Assembly (NCBI GenBank): GCA_000934665.2
Contig: JYFJ02003523.1
Span: 1 to 40,567, forward strand
Direction: 5' to 3'
DNA from: Catajapyx aquilonaris
Lineage: Eukaryota
Length of the DNA stretch: 40,567 nt
Shown piece by piece: positions 1 to 12,200 of the stretch; position 1 is the first letter of the stretch, and each line of letters starts with the position of its first letter. The notes under the pieces are model-generated. The model was not told where the DNA came from. It saw nothing but the letters and a program-made list of their open reading frames with translations, and made no database searches. Position numbers and translations under genes: made by a program.

Positions 1-99
1 CACTATGATGCTGGACATTGCTAGTGTGGGTGTATTTTTCAGAGTTGCCCCCTCCGAAATAATAGTCCGCCCACCCAAAAAAAATTGGAGGAAGAAACG

Positions 100-552
100 G
101 GTAGAAGTAGGTAGAAAGGAAGGGCAGAAGCCGGGGAGAGATAGATCAATACGTGGGGGTGTGGTCCGAACTCGCAGCGAGGCGCGCCATACTGTAGAGG
201 TAGGCAGGCACAGGCAGCGGTAGTAGAGTAGGTAGCTCCGGCTGCCTTGGCTGGATAGGGGGGGGTTTGCTACTTGCCCAGGCTGGCTTCTACCTACTTG
301 CACAAAACGCTGGGTGGGCTTCCCTCGGCAGTCAGTGTGCCGCGCGCCGCCGGGTTGCGCTAGTGCACAGGGGGGCCCCTCCCGCGCCCCTGCCCCTGCC
401 CCTGCCCCAGCCACTGCCCCAGCTCAGCGACACGGGCCAGCTCATTCTGCCCAGGGCACAGGTCACAGGTCATGAATAAAAATAATTTCCATCTATGACG
501 TCACACATTTCAGTTCACCAACCAGAGAGCGATGCATCCCATTGGTATAAAA
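100..552. promoter_or_regulatory. GC/CpG-rich promoter-like block with DR1, CRE, CCAAT and TATA-like motifs
   Basis: GC-rich and CpG-dense relative to the rest of the window. Contains (CCCCTG)n at 387-408, AGGTCAcAGGTCA at 460-472, TGACGTCA at 496-503, ATTGG at 541-545 and TATAAAA at 546-552. No associated coding exon was identified in the window. Confidence 0.4.
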
Positions 553-3029
553 CCAAATTATGAACTTTGGACCTAATTTTAACAGCGGATAATAACATTA
601 TAAAGTTGCGACTTGTAGCTTGTACAAAGTTTAGCGAAAGAGTCGTTATAATTTAACATCCACTGCCTATTGATTCGTTGGCTCCTATTTTGCATCTGGG
701 CTGGGTTTTTCGTCAGATCGGGGTAGGTCACGTAAGGACATCGAGGTATTAAGTTTTGGAAATGCAGGTCTCGCATTGGCTGCAGATGTACCGAGTTTTG
801 GGGCGGAAATGAAAGCAAGGGCAGGAGGATACTTTGTATGTGATAAAAGCGAGCAGAGGCAATAAATTCAAGTATGGTATCGCAGGTGGGCACAAAGGTG
901 TTAATGTGAGTAGTTTTTACAACCATGCATTTGCTAGAAACGCACGTTGTTGTAACGCGGATGGTGTCCCTTTCTATTTCCTTCAACGATACGTAATTTC
1001 ACTTGCGAGGTTATAGGCAAATATGCTGCACTAAACAGCGTGGTTTTGTTGAGCACATACTGTACTAACCGTTGACGAAATTTAATGCTTGGCCTGAACA
1101 TTGTTCATGTTGTGCTGAGGCTTATTGCGCATACAAGTAGCCTATATTTTCATGATGTTATATGCTCATCAGCGTTCCATTTATTACCTAAATGGGTGCA
1201 TTCAACTAATAATATTGACTACACAGCAAGCATGCAACAAAGCAAGCAAGGCATATTTTGATGGCAATTCAGGTTGTCGTTCACATGAAGGATCTAGGAA
1301 CTCACCCGGAACTACAGGTGAAGGAGAAGATAAAATATGAATGAATGCAGTGTATTGGCTTGTAGTACGTCAGAGTGCGAGAATAATCAAAATGTACAAA
1401 AAATTGTATGAGATACCAAATAAAGTATAGAACATTACAATGCTGAACACATACTGTATATAATTTTACAATAATTAACCTTCGAGAATAACCCAGCAAA
1501 TTCCCATGAGAATCATAGCCTTTGGGCATATGTGCACCAGCCAAATATGCACTGTGCATCTATTTCATAATTTTCCCTGGGGAACCCTCCCCCCTTTTGT
1601 TGCAATATTACGTCCTCACTGAACGTAATAGTCGCTACAACCCCCAACTGCACCAATACTTACGTAAATGTATTTTAACTGCCATAATTATATATGATGT
1701 GTCCCTCTCGCAATATTATGCCAGATCCCCACGGTGCGAGCGAACATGTGCATCTTGACTTCTGTTGTAAATAAAATGTTTCCACCTACTCTAGTTGACA
1801 TCTGTGTGAAACCGACCTTGTCCAAAGTTCATGATTACATTATACCGTGAAGCGCACACAAACAAAAGCCCACAGGTGAGGGCTATGATGCATTATTGTC
1901 TAGCTATGTGATAAGACTCAGCACATGTAGGCTGGATGTACTGTACCTTGTAAGGCACATATCATGAAGATGAGAAACATTAAGTCTGGCCTAGTCAGAG
2001 TTGAAGTTTTGAAGATTATATAATCTTAATGAAGTAATCTTGGCACGCGAATAATTTGATAAGACAAATCTGAACATACCTGCACTGCACCGACAAGCCT
2101 GGCCACAATATATTCTAAGTACGTACATCTAGTTGTGCAATGATGGGCTGTTTAATTTGGGTAAGGCGCAGTTTGCACACACGCAGGTGATCAGGGCATT
2201 GTGTGCGATATACCTAGCAATGTCCATGGGAGAACAGCATTCCGTTGCTGAAGTCATCACAGCATTTCTGCATAATTCAAATTCGATTTGGCTTGGCAGA
2301 GGAGCATGATATTGCGCCGGAATTCAGCACTGCAATTGCACATAGTCCTTCATTATTATTATTGTTAGTATTATTACAATGAAGCTCTTAAAAAGGTAAA
2401 CCAGTAAAAGCATCTTCAAAATCGAGGCAAAATCACTTGTTTTTGCATTTCAGAGCAACGCACTCCTGAGGAGCCTTTCCTCCAACATATTTCAATCAAT
2501 CATCTTTTTCGTAATTACAGGCCTCTAATTGGCTATGGTAGAAATCGCGAAACATCAATTTTCTACCATGCTGTAGGAGTCTGCATAATGCACGATATGT
2601 TGAGGGTGACGTACTCTTGAGGTCACTTTTCCCTTCATTCACCTGACTGATTAAAGGGCGTCGAATGATTTATTAGCTCCACATCTTCCTTATTTTACAC
2701 CCAGCACCTACAGAATAATCACACGGCCTAGACCGGTACTATGCATCGTCATGCAGGCATCTAGGCCACAATGTTACTATAAATTATTCGTCCTTTCTCT
2801 ACTTGAAGCAGCACCCAATGATATTGGGTGAAACACACATTTTTATTTCAACTGACTTCGAAATTAATTGATTTAATTAAATTTTATTCAAATTGACGGA
2901 AAGTTGTGTGAAGAATATTGCGCTACTTGGGAGAAATTATCGTGTCCACTTTAAGTGAAGGAACCACTCTAAATGAACATAAAACCACTCAGCGCATGAA
3001 GGAACTTCGGAGAGTACTAGCGAGTTGTG

Positions 3030-3110
3030 ATTGGCCCGCGTGATCTAAAGCTCCACCTGACTGGCTGAAGCGTCACCACCTGGGCGGGGGCAGCCCTCCG
3101 CCGCCATCTT
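3030..3110. promoter_or_regulatory. Promoter-like motif cluster (reverse CCAAT, GC box, YY1)
   Basis: ATTGG at about 3030, GGGCGGGG at 3082-3089 and CCGCCATCTT at 3101-3110, all within 80 bp. These motifs also occur inside MITEs, so function is uncertain. Confidence 0.3.
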
Positions 3111-6100
3111 GATCCCAAACCGGGCTCAGATCATGGTATATTTATACATACACAGTATTTCCGACCGGTTCCACGTGCATTGCTGCGTCTCAACAATATT
3201 TCGAAAGTCAGCCGGCAAAGTGGCGGGTGACACGGTGCAGTTTCAGACCAGGTTTCCGTCATGGTCTGCCAACCTTCGTCCTTCCAGCCATCCGTTTATT
3301 CCATCTGTGACGACTCCGGACTTTGCACCCACGTCCTCCAAAAACTGCCTTCCACTTTTCTACAACTTTGTTTTCATTTTTTTATATATACAAGTATGTA
3401 AAAGATGCCCCCTACCAACTTAATTTCACGTCCAATTGACGCCTTTTGCAACTGCATCAGACCGTTTCTTAGATATACTGCATATTTTTGCATCGTGCGG
3501 TTTTGTAAGACCTTGTGCAAAGATGTGCCCCTGAAGCGTGGGAATTTGTATAGTCTACTGATCTACTCTTTATGACCAGTTCCAACTAGATATATCTCAT
3601 GGTTAGGAGTCAGGAGTCGCAAGTTAATAGAAAGTTCATAGAACCATAATCGTAAGAAGCCAGCAATAAAAGAGCCTGCGGTTATACTTGGTCTATATTT
3701 ACATTTCTCTATAAAAGGAGGTAGTCAGCAATGCAAATGCAAGACTAGAAATATAGCCGACAAGCAATATTTTTTGTAATAAATAATTTTAAACAACAAC
3801 TTAAGTCCCTCCAAAAAAACGTATACCGGTAGTACTAATCTGCATCAGATCTACATATTTACAGCTGTAAAAAAATTATTCACGGTGAACAATCTGAATT
3901 TTTTGTCAGTAGGTCTTCAAAATTATTGCACCGAAACATTACATGCCATCTCTGCTTCGATGGATTGATACATTGTAATACACCGTGTGAGGATGTGCGC
4001 TTCGTTCATTTTGATATTTAATAAACAGATTTTTAAATGTCCAAAAGCCAATTTTGGACCAAGATAAGTCTGAGCTAGAACCGGTTGTTTTTTCTACATT
4101 TATAAGCACCGTTCTGTTTATTTGAAGACCCCGAACACCGTTTCCTGTCCTATGTCTGTATAACATGCTGTCTATTAAGACTTTCCATCCAATCCAAAAA
4201 CATCCGCCTTCAGTAATGTTCCATCGGTACCATGGCAAAGCCTATTGTACCCACGCACGCATTTACTGCCCTTTTGTAACCCTCCAACAATGGAGAATTT
4301 GCGTGCTCAATGTCTCACAGACAGAGCACATATCGCTATATTTTTAGCTTTCCATCAACTCTATTGTGCAGACAGTGCGAATGCAATATGCTGTACGTAA
4401 GACGTTCTAGGTTTAGGCTAGGAGTAAAATAGCATGTTTCGCCTGAAGGCAGCTGGGAGAAAGGTGGGTGGGTGGGTGAGGGAGGGGGGCATTTCATAGA
4501 AAGTAGAGTCACGGCAGGCTGCGTTGCCGATTCGGTCTACCTACCACAAAACCTCCTGAGTCACGACTTGGAGGATATGTCGCAGTGACAGTGAGTGTCA
4601 TCTTGTCCAGCTCTCATATAGCAGCAATGGTGGAGGACTGGAAACAATGGGCAGTCTCACCATAAGAGAGTGTTCCCACTGACCTTGAAACTTTCGACTG
4701 CCTTCAGGGGGTTGGGAAAGAGCTTGAGGGGGATTTGGTTTTATTACGCTGGAAGACTGTCTTTTTCCTTTCATAGTAGGGACTGGTCGAGAGCGATGAA
4801 CTTGAAGAATAGGCCGGGGGTGTATTTGTGGCATGCAACGTACCACGTTTGCCAAGTCCTTACACTCAGCAAGGCTATAGTTTTTTAGTGTGTTTTTACG
4901 ATAAGGGAAGCTATAGGTGCAAATTGAAGGCTTCTACGTATAGCTGGTCGCAGAATTTTACCATCTCAACAATGCATTCAATTTGCACCTATACATTCCC
5001 AACATCAGTACTACACAGTACAAGTTGCGGAATAATGCTACATGTACTATGGAATTGTTTTTGAAATGCGGCTTTCGTAGATTATTCTGCAGGCGGAATA
5101 AGTTGGGAACGCACAATTTCTTGAAAAGCAGGCTGACAATTCATATATAAATGCTACAGCTACAATAGTAACCGTAAGGCAGCTTATTTCAGACTATTAT
5201 TGTTCATTGAGCTAATTTTCAACAACGTATACTAATGCTACTCTCCATTTTTCACTATACATCTAGGTTGGAAATGCTCATCAAGTTTCCAAATTCCAAA
5301 TTCCCTCCTGTGAATAATAATGTCGAATATGAACAATAATATTCCAATTTCATCCCAAATTTTAATATTCATGCTGACAACTGGAACGCCTCGGCACCTA
5401 ATGTCTTTCGATTCCGGAACTTCCATTTCACCTAAGTAAGATCATTTTTTTTCTCTCTCTTCGTCTTCTCTTACGTAGATGTAATTAGGACTAGAGGGGG
5501 CTTGCGTACCCCTAAGGCTTTTCATGACTTAGAATCCCAAATTGTTCTCATGCCTCTTGTTGCATGTTCGCCTCGCTTCCCGCTTCTTGTAATGAAATAA
5601 TAACATTTTGGGCGCTTAAGCCTACTTTATATTCCCGCACCTCTTCTATCGAATTTTTAATTTCCTGTCTCATTCTTGCCACTTGGGGGTCATGGAAGTG
5701 CACTGTTCTTCCCTCGTCACCTTTCAGCGCTCTTTTTCCCCATCCCCATGCAAGAATGGCAATGAAACTACCCTCAGCATACCGTGTCAAGGGGCGTCCG
5801 GCAGCTCACCCCTAGGGACATTTTCAAAATTAAAACCGACATGTTTGCGGTACTTGGAGCTGCGGTACTCCCAACCCCTCGCCTTTAATCAGAGCCTGCG
5901 CACCCGCCTGCAGGACACCCACTAATAATAAAAAAATTGAGTAATTTGATATTGTTGACTCTATAACGTCCAAGCACAAGCAGAACAAAAGCTCTTATTT
6001 TCCAAAGAAGCCTGTCAAATGAAAAGCAGACCTAATGAACTGCCTCTGGTCGATATCCTCAATTTTTCGTAGAAAACGTGCAAAATATTGACTCGACAGC

Positions 6101-6660
6101 AGGGCTTCTTCCTAGTAACCATTATAGTTCAGTGGGGACCCCCCACGCAAGTTATTGGTAGTTAGGCACTACTATTCCGTCTACTTCCAACCGGGCTCTT
6201 AGCAGGGCCCAATCAGGGCCAAGTTGGCAAGGAGGGCAGTTTTGGGGATGCTGGCGGCAGTGCAGAGCCTATTGATTGGCAATCAATCCTCGCAGCTTGA
6301 GTTCAGACCTACATGGCGGGGGAAAAGACCCAACGGGGTTGGGAAACTCTATATAGGCGCCTATGTGGCAGGGTTGGTTTTTTTCGATGGAGTCTGTCGT
6401 GCTATTCTACTCTACAAAACAAAGAGCAGCTGTAGACACCTTGAGGATGTCTAATAATATTCAAACTGCAGTGTGACTATGATCGTTCTGAATTTCTTCA
6501 CCTGTTACATGTGCCTACAACACGGTTGGGTGACGATGCAGTAATTATTTTTACAATTCAAGGACTCGCATTGAATAATTATTTCACTGTCAGCTTCTTT
6601 GAATTTGAATTAATTTACAGCGATGATGATATGCACTATTCGCATTTTTTTTAACGAATA

Positions 6661-6763
6661 CTAGTTCCTCCTCGCAACCACCCGAGGCGCTGCATTCTCC
6701 CGTTGCGCAGGCGCAGAACGGGGGCTAATCAGAAGCCTATCGGTCGGATTTCAATATTATAGA
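6661..6763 (-). mobile_element. Very short non-autonomous Helitron-like element
   Basis: On the - strand it starts TCTATAATATTGAAA and ends CTAG|T, with a subterminal hairpin (CCTCG...CGAGG on +). It shares GCGCAGGCGYAGAA, AATCAGA and AATATTATAGA with the 33059-33326 element. The 5' flanking base is T, not the canonical A. Confidence 0.55.
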
Positions 6764-9151
6764 ATGTTATATATGCCAAATTGCAACTGACAGGTGAATT
6801 TTGGACACAAAGGCCAGGTTATGCAACAAAAATCCTGTTTTTCCACACTAAAAAACTGGTCCCGCAAATTGCCTTCCAGGCCAATTACACACAATTTAGG
6901 CCTTAGGTGCCTATACATTTTTTCTTAACAATGAGGCGATTTCTTGGCCAAATTGGTGATGTGCCTTTCCGCCCCCGCTTGAATTTCGCACGTATGCAAC
7001 ACTCCCCTGGGCTATTTGGTGAAAAACTAGTCTGGGAATCTGGTCTGGTTAGTGGTCTAGGTTTTTCATTTTTTATTATATGACAGGGTGTTAGTTGTTC
7101 AGGTAAGGTGGGTTGAAGAAAGGTTCCAGATGGCCTTGGTTGGGACTAAGAAGGAAGGGGAAAGTAAGGCGCAGGCAAAAGATGATGGAAGGAAAGGAAA
7201 AGCCTTCTCCAAGGCTGAAAGGCGATTCGCAGGCATCTTCAAGGTGTGACCATGTTGCCTAATCATGCACATTCGTGACACACATGCCCCCGTTTTTTTT
7301 TTTTTTTTTCAAAGAAGCCGACTTCCGTTGGACATTGGAGAAGGTCATTCACATGCCATTTAGCACATTTTTTTAAAAAGGATGTGCGTAATACCTGTTA
7401 GGTAATTCGCTGGAATTTAATATCGAAAATCGATATGGCATGAATATCGAATCGCATCAGAAATATTGCATCGCATACCGGCGACTAATATCGCAACCGA
7501 AATTCGATTTTAGATGCAATATTTATACAAAATATATTACACTAATACCTGACCAGCACAAAAGGAATAAACAATAATTCCAATTTAATATTGACGAAAT
7601 GGCATTGAGACATTGAGATAAGTAAACATTGGCGATTTTTTGTGTGCTTCAAAGCCTTGGTTGGCCGGATATGTCTGATATAACGAGCTATCTCACTATA
7701 TCGCCTGGATTCAGTAACAAGGTGTGTTAGTGGGTGTGCGAATAATGGCCTTTTCTGACCGAACAAAAAGCTATCTTATAAGAGCCGGTGGAAATAGCTA
7801 GACTTCCATTAACGTAGAAAGTTTTCTTGGAGAGAAAGAAAAAAAAGTAATTCCAGGCTTTATTTCTTTTTCCCTATCTTTTGTTTGCGGCAAAAAAGGA
7901 GGTGTCGTTTCGCCTCCGCGCCCATGCGAACCCTTTTCTTCCAGCCAAATATCAAAGCATCCTTGAACCTTTTTTTGTTGTTGTTTTATTTTTAATTACA
8001 AAATCCCTCCTACGAGCATCCTCTTCCCTTACCTCATAAGTGTTTTCGATGGAATGTGGCATTGTTTCCACCACATTGGTTCAAGGGGTGCGGTACCTCG
8101 ACCTTCAATCCTCCTTATATGGAAAAGTGTACATATTATGTCAAACTGAAGATTTTTGGAGGCTAATATTTGGAGGCTAATATTGTTAAAATTTCAACCA
8201 GCTGTCCTATGGACTCCTTGCATTTGTTGCATTGTTGGATGTGTATGTGTGTGAGGGGTCCATAGTGGAAAGTCCTGCATGAACATGAGGGAAAATAGGC
8301 CCCGCTGTCCCCCCCAAACTAACCAAGGGCTTTGAAAAGCCCTTCCCTTCCCTTCCCCTCCCCACCCACCATCCCCCTCAATGTCCTTCCAGGGGATTGT
8401 TCCCATGGCGACGGATAAGAGTAACCAGGTTTTCGGGCAAAAGAGGGTGAAAACTGTAATTTCCCATTCGTTGCCTTGGTGACGGGGGAGTTGGGAATTG
8501 AAAAGGAGTGGATGGGAAGCCTCTGCCAACTTCGGACATCCACCGTCTAATCTGTTCTATCGCTATCGAATCTATGAATAGACTTGACACTATTGGATAG
8601 TCAGGGTCAGACAAAATTTGGAAACTCTGGTCCATTAAATATTGCTTTCTGATTGGCTACTAACAATGGTGCAGCCATGGATAAAAAATGGCTGCACAAT
8701 CTCATTGCCACAAAATCTGATGCGTGCTGTGCCATGAAGAATCAACAATAGGCACAATGGGGAATAAAAGAAAGGGACAGTCACCGGAACCAAGTCACTA
8801 GACCAGACTCGTGTGACTATATACAAGAGGCCATTTTGGATCCACGCAATAATGTGCATGCTGTTTTTGGGAGTGACTGAGCCAGAAGCACCGCCTTTCC
8901 TCCCAACACCCAAAACCTGACTGAGACTTATCAAGGTCAGCGCCTGGCGGCTGTGCCAGCTTCTCTCTTCGCGAATGCAAAACAGTTTGGCGGAGGTAGG
9001 GGTGGGGGTGGTTGGGAGGAAAAGGGAGGGACAGACGGTGGGGGAGATGGGGGAAGGAGGTGGAGGGGGAGAAAAGCGGGATTGTCATTTCGCGTGTTGC
9101 ACCTTTCTGCAGCGTTGCCATATTGAAGACATGCAACGCAGCGAGTCAGCC

Positions 9152-9152
<1 letters not shown>

Positions 9153-9182
<30 letters not shown>

Positions 9183-9188
9183 CCTAAC

Positions 9189-9260
<72 letters not shown>
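9153..9260. repeat. Compound microsatellite: (ATT/ATC)n followed by about 23 TAA units
   Basis: ATT/ATC tract at 9153-9182, a short spacer, then an uninterrupted TAA tract at 9191-9260. It explains the poly-Ile and poly-Asn ORFs in the track. Confidence 0.95.
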
Positions 9261-9261
<1 letters not shown>

Positions 9262-12200
9262 TGCAAGTAGCTTACATTGTTGGTATAGTGATGTGTAATT
9301 CTTGCTTATTGCATCCGGGTTTATTAATGAAGGTGGGATGAGATAGCGGGTTTTTAATTTTTCTGCATAGTCAGGCGGTCTTCATTTATTGCGGTACGTG
9401 TAGCATGTGAGAAATCAATGACCTGTCTTAGAACAATACGGTGTCCAGGGTGATCATGCGTTGTTGCATTGTGAAACTGCCCTGGTTGCATGTCAATTTT
9501 GACGTGAACTTGCAGTATTTAGTTTTATGTGGGAATTTTAGTGCAGTGGTTATTTCTGAAGTGCAGAAAGTTGCTCGAATGCACAGTGTTCATGAGCGAA
9601 AGCAGTGAGACGTGAGAAAATACGTAGCCTGAGGTCCTAAAAATCACACCAGTGCAAATGAATAAGGCTAACGGCATGTAAATATTTTACAGAAATCTGT
9701 ATAGATATGAAAAATCTGGGTGCGTCAACCTTTATTATTCAATTACTTGTACATCAATAAAAGTACACGCAGAAAAATGTAAACTGTCTCTGAAAGTCAT
9801 ACACTGACGCTAATAACATTTGTTTGTGTAAAATGCGAGAACATACACCTGCACTAATGATACTCTACAGTTGGTATAACTGCTGTGATGCCCAAAATAT
9901 ATTAGCATAATATGCTATGTACAGCAGCATTATGCAATATTTAACGCACACTTAGAGTAGTTAGTAATTCAGGCAGACGAGCTGCATATTCGCTTTCATG
10001 TAGGCCACAGTTCCACACCGACAATGACAATGACAAATACATGGAAAAAGTATAGGCCTGAACATCCGGATTATGGAGCTAAACAATAATGTTAAATAAT
10101 TTCAGCACATTTTTAAAAACGCGAAGTTAAACCCCGATCATCAGTTATGAAGTTGCGGTACACATGCATATAACAAATTCACTGCAGCACCGGGCGTTGT
10201 AGCAAATTAAAACGACAATAACAACATAGTCGAGTGCCTGGAATTCAACACAACATTACTGCGACAAAATACATATGCAACACGAGGCCTACCATAAGTA
10301 AGAGCCACTAGCTGGCTTCATCAAGAACCATCGTCAAGTTGATTACGCTGCCATAACAGCTGTCAATAGTGTACATGGATTTATTTGCACTAGAGTGACC
10401 GCTGATTTTTGCTAAGCGTCAACCGTGAATGTTGATACCGGTTTATATAAATCCCATGTTAACTACCGACAGTTTGCAACTTTTTTTTATATTTATGTTT
10501 CGGACAGCCAATCAGCAGTTGTCTGAACTACAATAACTGCGCTACAGTACACCTCTCGATTCATTATACAGTACTCCCACGGACGTTGGAAATACAGTTA
10601 GCTGAAGCATCACAATAGAGCTGCAAACCGTGAATTGTTACCTGACTGCCTGAGTGACCAACATAACACCGAGCCTGCCCCAGAGCACGCAATGCACTGA
10701 TGCGTTTCCAATCCGGTTTTGGGTGTAATATATGCGCATTGTCCACTATGCCATGTTAGACTATTCGGTGCAGCATTTACAAAGAACCGACCCTCTGTTA
10801 CACTTTTACAGGGTGTCGCATAGGTACACCCTGTGGCGGCCTGGTGAGCCTCTCTCCATATGCATATTTAGGCAGTTACTTTCTACTGCATCCAGCACTT
10901 CCTCAGAATAAAATCCTGGTTACGGCCATAATATGCAAAAGAAGCGGCATTGCATTTGTTGCAAAATAAGCACTCGCTTATGCACTGTCACCGACTACAC
11001 TGTAAGAAAAAAAATGTCATTACTGGCCTGTCATCCCTCATGTCGGTGTACACTCTTATTTCCTGAGAGAAAATAACAGTGTGGGATAGAAATAGAAGGT
11101 GTGTGGCAGGTATTCCTCTCCATGGGGACAGGTGGGGTGAGTGGGTGTTACTATGGCGACTGGTAGGGATGTTGGAGATGGGGGAAGTCACAGGTCCCAT
11201 TTCCTGCTCAGCTTCCTGAAGCACAGGATGGACAAATCTGGACGAAGGAATATTTTTTTTTTTCTTGCTTGAAGCTCTCCTCACCTTTCCACCATCCCTC
11301 TCAGCCAATTCGATTCAGGATTGTCCTCTGGTCATTGCTCTTCCTTTGGTCGCCAGTTTTTATTCAGGTTGTCTGACTCTTGAGGATCAAAGGTTTTCGG
11401 CACGGTATCGACAAGGCTTCGAACGTCGATGACGTACAAGTGCAGGCAAATTGGGACCGTACAGTATTCCGAATCTGAATCTGAATCATCATACAGTATT
11501 ACAACTTGTGCAATATCAAACGCACTTGATCCGAATATCAATGTGTTCCTGCATGTTAGCTGCTCCTTGGTGTTGGAAAGATGACCATTTGGGACAGCAC
11601 TCACAGCAGTTTGACCAAAATTCGTGTGGAAATCGCATTGCCGAATTGAAAATATATTGGTCAAATATACTGTCAGCTGCAAGTAACCAAGACTTCGGCA
11701 CTGTACCGTTGTCGAATTTATCGTCCCGAAGGAGCGGAAATGTGATTCTATTGAAAAGTAATACTATATTGACGTTAGACTACATCCAATACTGTATAGT
11801 TACAGTATAACGTGATTGCTTCCGGAGCTACTCTCCTGCTGCGTAGATATCACTTGCCTATTATTTTCAGTGGCCTTTGGTTGTCCTGTAGGCGGAGTCG
11901 CAGTGTTACTACATTTCAGTACAGTATCCATCATCGGGTCGTACGAGTTTTAAAATAAACTCCGCTGCTAGAATATAGACTCAGGCTATGCCCTACGAAT
12001 ATTTAAGATATACATATTCGAACCATTATTGAGTGTACAGTCATTTATACAAGTATGCTCAAGCGGAAAACGATTAAATGAAAATGCACACATAATATTT
12101 ATTCATTGCATGAACAATTTGTTTTTTCTGAGTGTATGTACCAAGGACGGCACAAATTAGGAAAAGCGCTTCTTCTAATAAATCATTATAATTTTGCGCT

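Noticed and set aside
1..7. CACTATG resembling a Transib TIR start
   Set aside because: It is at the window edge, with no partner TIR or TSD visible.
579..986. 135-aa - strand ORF
   Set aside because: No recognisable domain, random-like composition and no supporting splice context.
7419..7525. ATATCG/ATCGCA-rich stretch, considered as a repeat array
   Set aside because: Irregular short motifs with no constant repeat-spacer period. It is probably MITE interior, but no termini were found.
8193..8205. TTCAACCAGCTGT matches the 3' part of miR-133
   Set aside because: The seed region is absent and there is no hairpin.
8937..9341. Poly-Ile and poly-Asn ORFs
   Set aside because: They are translations of the TAA/ATT microsatellite.
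11332..11682. ORF containing the acidic stretch DDSDSDSEY
   Set aside because: The stretch comes from a short GAATCT tandem repeat, and there is no other support.
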